Shown: positions 57,107 through 64,000 of the stretch, piece by piece
How the letters are laid out: every line of letters starts with the position of its first letter
Position numbering within the stretch: position 1 is the stretch's first letter
NCBI GenBank assembly: GCA_039714495.1
Contig: JBDLJD010000002.1
Coordinates: forward strand, 268 to 64,267
Source of the DNA: Thermodesulfobacteriota bacterium
GTDB lineage: Bacteria; Desulfobacterota; Desulfobacteria; Desulfobacterales; B30-G6
Length of the DNA: 64,000 nt
Reading direction: 5' to 3'
Notes under the pieces: generated by a model
Database searches by the model: none
What the model saw: the letters and a program-made list of their open reading frames with translations, nothing else
Told to the model about the DNA's origin: nothing
Translations under genes and position numbers: made by a program

Positions 57107-57125
57107 TGTATAATTAAATAATACA
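57107..57125. promoter_or_regulatory. Palindromic candidate enhancer-binding site TGTAT-N9-ATACA (proximal)
   Basis: TGTATAATTAAATAATACA lies about 80-95 nt upstream of the sigma54 promoter. It has the same half-sites and spacing as 57270-57288. Confidence 0.5.
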
Positions 57126-57269
57126 TTTTTTGGGGGTGGATTGTTATCACAATATCAGTCTGGTTGGTCTGTTGACAGCTCCGATGAGAAACTTATGGAA
57201 AACAACTAATTGGAATTAAAAGAAAAAAATTCAAAGAGGTGATCAGGGCAGGTGGCTTGACCGGGATTA

Positions 57270-57288
57270 TGTATAAAATAAATATACA
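57270..57288. promoter_or_regulatory. Palindromic candidate enhancer-binding site TGTAT-N9-ATACA (distal)
   Basis: TGTATAAAATAAATATACA lies about 240 nt upstream of the sigma54 promoter, just downstream of the activator gene. Confidence 0.5.
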
Positions 57289-57331
57289 TGTATCAAGTGA
57301 AAAATCGCAGTGGTTTGCCGCGGTGATATTT

Positions 57332-58759
57332 TCATTTGTTGGGCAGGCGGATGCCGTGCTTTTTCATGAGGCTTTGAAAATTGGTACGCTGCAGGCCTGT
57401 CTTTTCGGCGGCGTGGGTCACGTTCCAATCGTTTTTGATCAGGGCATTGAGCAGAAAGTTCTTTTCCACCTTCTGAACGGCTTTCCGGCGAATATCCTTT
57501 TTAACCTGTTTGAGCTCTGCATTGGTCGCGGGCGTTGCCTCCACAAGGTTATCCAGATCGCCAATTTCTCCCAGCAGGGGGAGGTCCTGGGTGTCGATGG
57601 TGTCCTGATCGCAAAGAATGACAGCGCGTTCGATGACATTACGCAGTTGCCTGACGTTTCCCGGCCAGTCAAAGGAAAGCAGGCGTCCGGCAGCACTGTC
57701 CACTATGCCGGTTATCGATTTGTCCATGTCGCGGCTGAACTGCTTGATAAAATGGTAGGCAATGGGCAGAATATCCATTCTACGTTCACGCAGGGGTGGC
57801 AGCATGATGGGATAGACAAAGATGCGGTAATAGAAATCCTGACGGAAGGAGCCTTCGTTGACCATGGTTTCCAGATTGGTATTGGTGGCGAAGATCAGGC
57901 GCAGGTCCACCTTTTTAGGGGACGTGCCGCCCAGAGGCAGAAACTCACGCGTCTCCAGGAATCTGAGAAGTTTGCCCTGGACCGCCAGGCTGATATTGCT
58001 GATTTCGTCTAAAAACACCGTACCGCTGTCGGCCAGGGACAATATGCCTTCCTTGCTTTTATGTGCACTGGTAAACGCGCCTTTAACATGGCCGAACAGT
58101 TCGCTTTCCAACCGGTTTCCTGCGAGTGTGCCGCAATCAACGGCAAAAAAGACATTCGTGTTGCGCCGACTGTTGGCATGCACGGCTCTGGCGATGAGTT
58201 CCTTGCCGGTGCCGCTTTCACCGTACACCAGAACGGTGGAGTCGGTGGGGGCCACTTTTCCCACCATGGAGATGACTTTCTGAATCTTGGGGCTGCTTCC
58301 GATGAGCTGATGCGATGTCGTTCTTTTTGGGGTGGGACGGGACATCAGCTCCTGGTTCTGCCGCTGCATCTCTTTTTCGCTTAGCGCCTGGAAAACCACG
58401 GCGCGCAATTCATGGGGAGTAAAGGGTTTGGGCAGGTAGTCAAAGGCGCCCATCTTCATTACTTCCACGGCCGAGGCGACACTGGCATAACCGGTAATAA
58501 CCACTACGCGCGTGTCAGGGTAGGTGTCTTTTACCCGGCTCAAAAGTTCCATGCCGCCCAGGCGGCTCATCTTGAGGTCGGTGACAATGACGTCGGACGG
58601 ATCATCCTCCATCAGCTTCAGGGCATCGTACCCATTGAGGGCGTAACGGACGTCGTAATCTTGTTTGGAAAGAATCTTGACGCAACTCTGGCAGATGTTG
58701 TGCTCATCGTCCACAACGAGGACTTTAGGTACACGCTTTACATTGGGCTCAGGCGTCAT
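57332..58759 (-). CDS. NtrC-family sigma54-dependent response regulator (REC + AAA+ + Fis-type HTH)
   Basis: The start is taken at ATG 58759 (MTPEPNVKRVPKVLVVDDE). The product has GESGTGKE, the GAFTSA (GAFTGA-like) sigma54 contact loop, and a C-terminal HTH (WNVTHAAEKTGLQRTNFQSLMKKHGI). The longer ORF back to 59050 runs inside the kinase gene. Confidence 0.9.
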   Translation of the reverse strand: MTPEPNVKRVPKVLVVDDEHNICQSCVKILSKQDYDVRYALNGYDALKLMEDDPSDVIVTDLKMSRLGGMELLSRVKDTYPDTRVVVITGYASVASAVEVMKMGAFDYLPKPFTPHELRAVVFQALSEKEMQRQNQELMSRPTPKRTTSHQLIGSSPKIQKVISMVGKVAPTDSTVLVYGESGTGKELIARAVHANSRRNTNVFFAVDCGTLAGNRLESELFGHVKGAFTSAHKSKEGILSLADSGTVFLDEISNISLAVQGKLLRFLETREFLPLGGTSPKKVDLRLIFATNTNLETMVNEGSFRQDFYYRIFVYPIMLPPLRERRMDILPIAYHFIKQFSRDMDKSITGIVDSAAGRLLSFDWPGNVRQLRNVIERAVILCDQDTIDTQDLPLLGEIGDLDNLVEATPATNAELKQVKKDIRRKAVQKVEKNFLLNALIKNDWNVTHAAEKTGLQRTNFQSLMKKHGIRLPNK

Positions 58760-60188
58760 TTGTTTTAGCCGTTTCCAATGGTATCTTGATAATGAAGGAC
58801 GTTCCCTGGTGTTCCCTTCTTGTTGCCTTGATGGTCCCGCCGTGCTGCTCGATGATGCCGTGGGTGATGGCAAGGCCCAGCCCGGTACCCTCTTCCTTGG
58901 TGGTAAAGAAAGGGTCGAATATCTTGTCAAAGATTTCTTCTGGAACGCCTTCTCCGTTGTCACTGACGGAAATTTCCACCGCGCGGCGGCGGGCGCCCAA
59001 GGATGTACGCAGGACGATGCTGCCCCCGGCCTGGGTGGATTCGATGGCATTGAGGATGAGATTGATCAGGACCTGCTGTATCTGGCCTTTGTCCAGGTGC
59101 AGCGGCGGCAGGTTTGAGGTCAGGTCCTTGCGGACGTCTATATCCTTGAAGGCTGCCTGCTTCTGGGTCAGAAGGACGCTTGCGATGATGATGGCGTTGA
59201 TGTCATTGGCCTTTTTATTGGGCCTGGTCTGCCGGGCGAAATCCAGAAGGCTGGTGACGATTTTCCTGCAGCGCAGGGTTTCCTTGGCAATGGTTTCCAG
59301 CTCCGCATGCATAGGGTCATCCGGATCGATGTCTTCCTGCAGAAGCATGGAGGTTGTCAGGATTGTGGTGAGGGGGTTGTTGATTTCATGGGCCACCCCG
59401 GCGGAAAGCCGGCCTACGGAAGCCAGCTTTTCCTGCTGCATCATTGTCTTCTGGATATTGATTTCATCGGAGATGTCCCGGGATATTTCCACGACGCCGA
59501 CAATGTCACCCCCTTCGATCAGGGGATAGGTGGAAATGGAATAGTAAATCTCATTATCGTCCTGGTCCAGATGAACATGGGTTGTCTGGGACGGTTGGAT
59601 GGTCTCCAGGGTCTTTATGAGAGGGCAGGGATGTTTTTCACCGGTGCAGGGAAAAGACTGGCGGTGGGTTATTTCGTAGCAATACCGGCCGACCACTTCC
59701 TCCTTTTTTAGGCCCAGATTGTTCAACACAGTGTTGTTGACATCGATGATGCGATAGTCGTGGCCGATGACCAGCACTTCTTCCTGAATGAGCTCGTTGA
59801 TCATGGTTTTGTAAAGTGCCTTGGCTTCCTGGAGCTCCTGGCTGGTCTTCTTCTGCTTGGTGGACACCCGGGCGAATTCCCAGAACAACTGGGCGGTCTT
59901 GGTGGATATGGCCCTTACGCTGGGCTTCTTTTTCTTAAGGATGTCGTTGTAGACGTCCATACTGCTGGTGAGTTCGATGATCAAGTCGATGCCGGCCATG
60001 GAGAAGAAATCATTGTAATTGGGGGTGGTGAAAATGCCCTTTTCCTTGGCCATCACAAAACCGGGCGCCTTTTTATTGATATCTGCGACCGCAACGATCT
60101 TCGGATGGATTTCCTTAAACGTGTGCTGCGGGATAAGGAGCAGCAGTTGGGTACAGCGGGTGCCCCCACCGACGACAGCGATATTCAT
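58749..60188 (-). CDS. Cytoplasmic sensor histidine kinase: Rossmann-like N-domain + Cys-rich PAS + HisKA/HATPase
   Basis: 479 aa with no TM segments. The N-terminus is MNIAVVGGGTRCTQLL...KIVAVADIN. The PAS region has CYEITHRQSFPCTGEKHPCP. The H-box is SAGVAHEINNP, and the N and G boxes are LNAIEST and GTGLGL. It overlaps the regulator start by 11 nt. Confidence 0.85.
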   Translation of the reverse strand: MNIAVVGGGTRCTQLLLLIPQHTFKEIHPKIVAVADINKKAPGFVMAKEKGIFTTPNYNDFFSMAGIDLIIELTSSMDVYNDILKKKKPSVRAISTKTAQLFWEFARVSTKQKKTSQELQEAKALYKTMINELIQEEVLVIGHDYRIIDVNNTVLNNLGLKKEEVVGRYCYEITHRQSFPCTGEKHPCPLIKTLETIQPSQTTHVHLDQDDNEIYYSISTYPLIEGGDIVGVVEISRDISDEINIQKTMMQQEKLASVGRLSAGVAHEINNPLTTILTTSMLLQEDIDPDDPMHAELETIAKETLRCRKIVTSLLDFARQTRPNKKANDINAIIIASVLLTQKQAAFKDIDVRKDLTSNLPPLHLDKGQIQQVLINLILNAIESTQAGGSIVLRTSLGARRRAVEISVSDNGEGVPEEIFDKIFDPFFTTKEEGTGLGLAITHGIIEQHGGTIKATRREHQGTSFIIKIPLETAKTNDA

Positions 60189-60368
60189 GCTAAATTCTCC
60201 CTGGATGGTATTGGCGAAGCAAAAATGAACGTATGAACCATAATAGGCCTGTTCGGCGCATTAAATTTTATGTATACTATTAATCTGAACAAATTCCAAA
60301 TGGTATATTGTCAGCCAACATCGACTAATATGGATGAACCGGGTTGAAAAACGGATAATATATTATTG

Positions 60369-61313
60369 ATGAACAGCATTCAGAACATCGACCTCCCGCC
60401 GGCAGTTGTCATCTGCGGCCCCACGGGCATCGGCAAGACATCTTTTGCCATCGATCTGGCCCGGCGCTTCGAAGGTAAAATCATCGGTGCGGATTCGATG
60501 CAGCTTTACCGGCACATGGACATCGGCACGGCCAAACCCACACCCGAAGAGCAGGCGGCCGTTACGCATTACATGGTGAATATCGTTGATCCGGACAAAC
60601 ATTTCGATGCGGAGATGTATGCCGACATGGCCTATGCAAAAGTGTTGGCGCTTACCGAAAAAAGGATCCTGCCCTTTATCGTAGGGGGGACCGGGCTTTA
60701 CATAAAGGCGCTGATCCACGGTCTTTTCGAAAGCGTCAAAGTAGATGCAGGCGTCAGGAAAAGGCTGAAAAAAGAGGCTGAAGAACTGGGGGGACCGTAC
60801 CTGCACGCCAGGCTGAAAGCGGTCGATCCCGCTGCAGCGGGGCGTATCCATACCAACGACACCTACCGCATTGTGCGGGCCCTGGAGATTTTTGAAACCA
60901 CGGGCCGGCCCATATCCGACACCCAGGAGCAGCACCGCTTTGAACCGCAGCGTTTGCAGACCGTCAAAATCGGTCTGCACATGGACCGTGAAGCCCTCTA
61001 CCAACGCATCGACCAGCGGGTTGACATCATGCTGGACCAGGGGCTTCTGGCCGAGGTGAAAGGGCTTCTTGAAAAAGAGTATTCACCGGATTTGAAGTCC
61101 ATGAAATCATTGGGTTACCGTCACATGGCCGCCTTTTTGAAAAATGAAGTCGACTGGGAGGAGACCGTCAGGACCCTGAAGCGGGACACCCGCCGCTACG
61201 CCAAGCGGCAGATGACCTGGTTCAAGGCAGACCCCGAGATCGTCTGGATGGGGCCGGACGAATTGGAGGGGGCAGCGGCCATGATAGCGGCCTTTAAGGC
61301 CCGATGCGGGTGA
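60369..61313 (+). CDS. miaA: tRNA dimethylallyltransferase
   Basis: VVICGPTGIGKTS, and GADSMQLYRHMDIGTAKPT match MiaA throughout. Confidence 0.9.
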   Translation: MNSIQNIDLPPAVVICGPTGIGKTSFAIDLARRFEGKIIGADSMQLYRHMDIGTAKPTPEEQAAVTHYMVNIVDPDKHFDAEMYADMAYAKVLALTEKRILPFIVGGTGLYIKALIHGLFESVKVDAGVRKRLKKEAEELGGPYLHARLKAVDPAAAGRIHTNDTYRIVRALEIFETTGRPISDTQEQHRFEPQRLQTVKIGLHMDREALYQRIDQRVDIMLDQGLLAEVKGLLEKEYSPDLKSMKSLGYRHMAAFLKNEVDWEETVRTLKRDTRRYAKRQMTWFKADPEIVWMGPDELEGAAAMIAAFKARCG

Positions 61314-61396
61314 GGGACCAGTTACCGGGTATTTTGTGGGGTTAAACTTGCTGACGCCTTGTTTATCGCAGGTAAGAAGACAGTTTGTCTAAATCC

Positions 61397-61630
61397 TTAT
61401 TCGACAATTTCAAGTATTGTACGCGATTTTCCGGCTGTTGCCGATGCCGCTGTTAAAATTGTGCGAATAGCGTTTACGTTGCGTCCGCGTTTCCCGATCA
61501 CCTTTCCGAGATCTTCTTTTGCCACTTTTAGTTCAAATACGGTGGTATTGCCGCCCTTTATTTCATTAACCTCAACCTGTTCCGTATTGTCAACCAAAGC
61601 CTTCACGATATGTAGAACCAGCTCTTTCAT
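61397..61630 (-). CDS. KH-domain RNA-binding protein (UPF0109/YlqC family)
   Basis: ATG at 61630 follows GGAGGTG. The 77-aa product MKELVLHIVKALVDNTEQVEV...LGKVIGKRGRNVNAIRTIL carries the GxxG KH motif. Confidence 0.85.
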   Translation of the reverse strand: MKELVLHIVKALVDNTEQVEVNEIKGGNTTVFELKVAKEDLGKVIGKRGRNVNAIRTILTAASATAGKSRTILEIVE

Positions 61631-62128
61631 AGGGGCACCTCCGCTCTGCAGAAAAGGGTTTTGCGAGATAGACCAGTGGGAGTGCTGATATTGAATTTTA
61701 CAACAGTTCCTCACTTTTTGGCAACACTTAAATTGCACAGGGAAAAATCATTGTTTTGGTTGAACCTGTACCCCCGAGCGTATAAGCTTTATAGCGTTTG
61801 GTAAAATACCGTTCCGAAATTAAATCTGCCGTAGGTCATATTTTACATTTAATGACTTCAAAGGCATTCAACCCCAAACGCTATTCAAATTGCGTTTAGA
61901 TTTGAGTTACTTGGCTATGATGAAAACATGTAGATTTAACTACCTATTATTTCATTAAATAGGGATATATTGGATTCAGTTTTGAGGTTTTCCGTGGAAA
62001 ATCTGTTGAATAGCGGTTGTCATCTTCCTGGATAATTTGACTGCTTAGACAAACTATTTCTGATGTGCAACGTAGTTTGTATCGGAACATATTTATGACA
62101 ACCGGTATAGTGAAAGGAATGAATACCC

Positions 62129-62944
62129 ATGCATGACGATTTTCTGTATAAGGAGGTGCCCGCCCTTGGGCGGCGCGTATTCAGACTCGGTCTTGCAACC
62201 AACTACGGTGTAGATGCCGGGGATGTGGAGTGGGCCCTGGACCAGGGGGTCAACTATTTTTTCTGGACCTCCAAGGCACAAAAGGTGGTGCCGGCGCTTA
62301 AAAAGGCCATGAACCGTGACCGTGAATCGCTCATCATCGCCACCGGCCCGACAACGGGGTTCTACGGCGGCGGGATTAAACGCGGCTGTGACCGGCTGTT
62401 GAAAAAGCTCGGCACGGACTACATCGACATCCTGCAGATTTTCTGGCTCGGCCGAACCGCGGCCTGGACACCGTCGACCATCGATGCCCTGGTGTCCCTT
62501 AAGGAATCGGGCAAGGTCCGGGCCATCGGCATCAGCATTCACGACAGGAAACGGGCCGGCCGGCTTGCTGCGGATTCCCCGCTGGATATGCTCATGGTGC
62601 GCTACAATGCCGCCCACATAGGCGCTGAAAAGGATATTTTTCCCAGCCTGGCCAAACGCCAGCCCGCCATCGTGGCCTATACGGCCACGCGGTGGCGCGG
62701 TCTCCTCAAACGCCCCAAGGGTTGGGAAGGCCCGGTCATGACCGCAGCTGACTGCTATCGGTTTTGCCTGTCCAACCCCCATGTGGATCTGGTGCTCACC
62801 GGCCCCAAGAACCGACAGGAGCTGGAAGAAAATGTAAACGAACTGCGCGATAAAGGTCCATTATCAGAGGAAGAAACCAAATGGATCAGGAAATACGGTA
62901 AAATTGTTCACCAGAACAGTTCACGATTTACTTTCGGGTTTTAA
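62129..62944 (+). CDS. Aldo/keto reductase family oxidoreductase
   Basis: 271 aa with an AKR-like pattern (LGLATNYG, DYIDILQIFWLG, AIGISIHD). Confidence 0.7.
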   Translation: MHDDFLYKEVPALGRRVFRLGLATNYGVDAGDVEWALDQGVNYFFWTSKAQKVVPALKKAMNRDRESLIIATGPTTGFYGGGIKRGCDRLLKKLGTDYIDILQIFWLGRTAAWTPSTIDALVSLKESGKVRAIGISIHDRKRAGRLAADSPLDMLMVRYNAAHIGAEKDIFPSLAKRQPAIVAYTATRWRGLLKRPKGWEGPVMTAADCYRFCLSNPHVDLVLTGPKNRQELEENVNELRDKGPLSEEETKWIRKYGKIVHQNSSRFTFGF

Positions 62945-62971
62945 TCAAAGATTTCTGTCTAAGGAAAGAAA

Positions 62972-63352
62972 ATGAACAGTCTTAAAATTTCCATTAAAGC
63001 ATCGGATATGTCTGTTGCTGCAGTGCTTTTGCAAACACCTACAGCCCATGCAATCTACGAAGCCCTGCCCCTTGACGGAACGGCCAATGTGTGGGGGGAT
63101 GAAATCTATTTTGACATTCCGCTGCAGCTCGAATTGGAAGAAGACGCCCGCGAGGAGGTGGCGGTCGGCGATCTGGCATACTGGCCCTCGGGTCCGGCCT
63201 TTTGCATTTTTTTCGGGCCGACGCCGGTGAGCCGCGATGAGACACCCAGAGCATACAGCCCGGTCAACGTGTTCGGCCGCGTGCAAGGCGATGCCACGGT
63301 TTTCAATACTGTGGCAGACGGCGCTACCATCCGGGTCGAGAAAACCGGGTAG
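62972..63352 (+). CDS. Cyclophilin-like fold (TM1367-type) protein
   Basis: 126 aa. The pattern ...A.L...P.A..I...LP......WGDEIYF.....L........V..GDLAYWP.G.AFCIFFG matches the Cyclophil_like family. Confidence 0.65.
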   Translation: MNSLKISIKASDMSVAAVLLQTPTAHAIYEALPLDGTANVWGDEIYFDIPLQLELEEDAREEVAVGDLAYWPSGPAFCIFFGPTPVSRDETPRAYSPVNVFGRVQGDATVFNTVADGATIRVEKTG

Positions 63353-63398
63353 TATGTTTTCTAAAATACCGATCTGAATGCCCTAAGCGGCGGATGCT

Positions 63399-64000
63399 TT
63401 ATTTCTCCGGCGTCCTGGGTATTTTGACAGTGAAGGTAGAGCCATGGCCCGGTTTAGAGGCAACGTGAATCGTGCCGCCGTGTTCCGAGATGATCTTGTT
63501 GGCAATAAACAAGCCCAAACCGGTGCCTTTGCGTCCCTTGGAAGAGTAGAACAGGGAGAAGAGTTTTTTGCGGACCTTCTCGTCCATCCCGATGCCATTG
63601 TCCTCGATGGTAAACACGACATGCCGCCGGTCGGTCTGCATGCCAAAGCTTATCCGTTTGTCAGTTTCTCCGGTCTTCTTCACACAGGCATCGATGGCGT
63701 TGTCCAGGATATTGATCAGCGCGGTGTTGACATACTCCGCATCCATCTCGCATGTGCCGGCATGGGCATCGAATGCGCGAATGAGGGCGATGCCCTGCTT
63801 TTCCACTTTTAGGGACATCATTTGCGCGAGCTCGTCCACAAAGGGCAACAAGTCGATGGATTTTTTTTCCAGTTTTCTCTGTTTGGTTTGCAAAAGGATG
63901 TCCCCCGCCATGGTACGGATGCGGTCGATCATGATCTGCATGACCTCCCACCCCTCCCGTACCCTTTCCATATCCTTTTTCTCGATGCCGGCATTGACCA
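63399..64000 (-). CDS. Sensor histidine kinase, C-terminal part (5' end outside window)
   Basis: HATPase_c N and G boxes (INILDNAIDAC, GTGLGLFIA, HGGTI) are present. The frame stays open upstream of Met 63971 to the window edge. Confidence 0.85.
   Translation of the reverse strand, partial: VNAGIEKKDMERVREGWEVMQIMIDRIRTMAGDILLQTKQRKLEKKSIDLLPFVDELAQMMSLKVEKQGIALIRAFDAHAGTCEMDAEYVNTALINILDNAIDACVKKTGETDKRISFGMQTDRRHVVFTIEDNGIGMDEKVRKKLFSLFYSSKGRKGTGLGLFIANKIISEHGGTIHVASKPGHGSTFTVKIPRTPEK

Noticed and set aside
58760-59050. N-terminal 97-codon extension of the NtrC-type regulator ORF
   Set aside because: The extension lies entirely inside the histidine kinase coding region and is Pro/Ser/Ala-rich with no REC similarity. 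The REC domain begins right after Met at 58759.

Overview
This 64-kb chromosomal segment holds about 50 protein genes and one tRNA. Its gene content points to a Desulfobacterales-type sulfate reducer: qrcABCD, dsrC, an AhbA/B-like siroheme decarboxylase subunit, PFOR, a tungsten-type AOR, and Hdr/Mvh-type proteins with in-frame UGA codons. No organism identification was possible beyond this inference. Most of the window is housekeeping or energy metabolism: an arsR-permease-thioredoxin triad, AOR plus a ferredoxin-fused Fe-ADH, ppiD, a uvrD-like helicase, an M16 peptidase, qrcABCD, murA, comEC, class I fumarase, PFOR, miaA and others. The most interesting part is the minus-strand block at 44.8-60.2 kb. 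It starts with a histidine kinase and an NtrC-type sigma54 activator. A good sigma54 promoter with two TGTAT-N9-ATACA sites then drives an unusual double-receiver protein that carries a tandem 140-aa four-cysteine repeat. Next comes a 9.6-kb operon. It encodes a 128-aa selenocysteine-containing HdrA N-terminal fragment, NuoE-like and NuoF-like proteins, a 1085-aa NuoG-N/HdrA/HdrA fusion, a selenocysteine MvhD, and FrhB-, AsrA- and AsrB-like subunits. dsrC lies immediately downstream. I read this block as a candidate NAD(P)H-linked, flavin-based electron-bifurcating thiol/DsrC reductase with dedicated redox regulation; that function is inference, not demonstrated. The intergenic regions are unusually rich in dispersed elements. 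These include two near-identical 21-26 nt motifs present three times each upstream of genes, a nested hairpin with a conserved core and covarying outer stem, two long perfect palindromes, and mosaic short-period repeats. A small decayed island (integrase, LysE and OMP fragments) abuts tRNA-Ala. No CRISPR array, rRNA or intact mobile element was seen.
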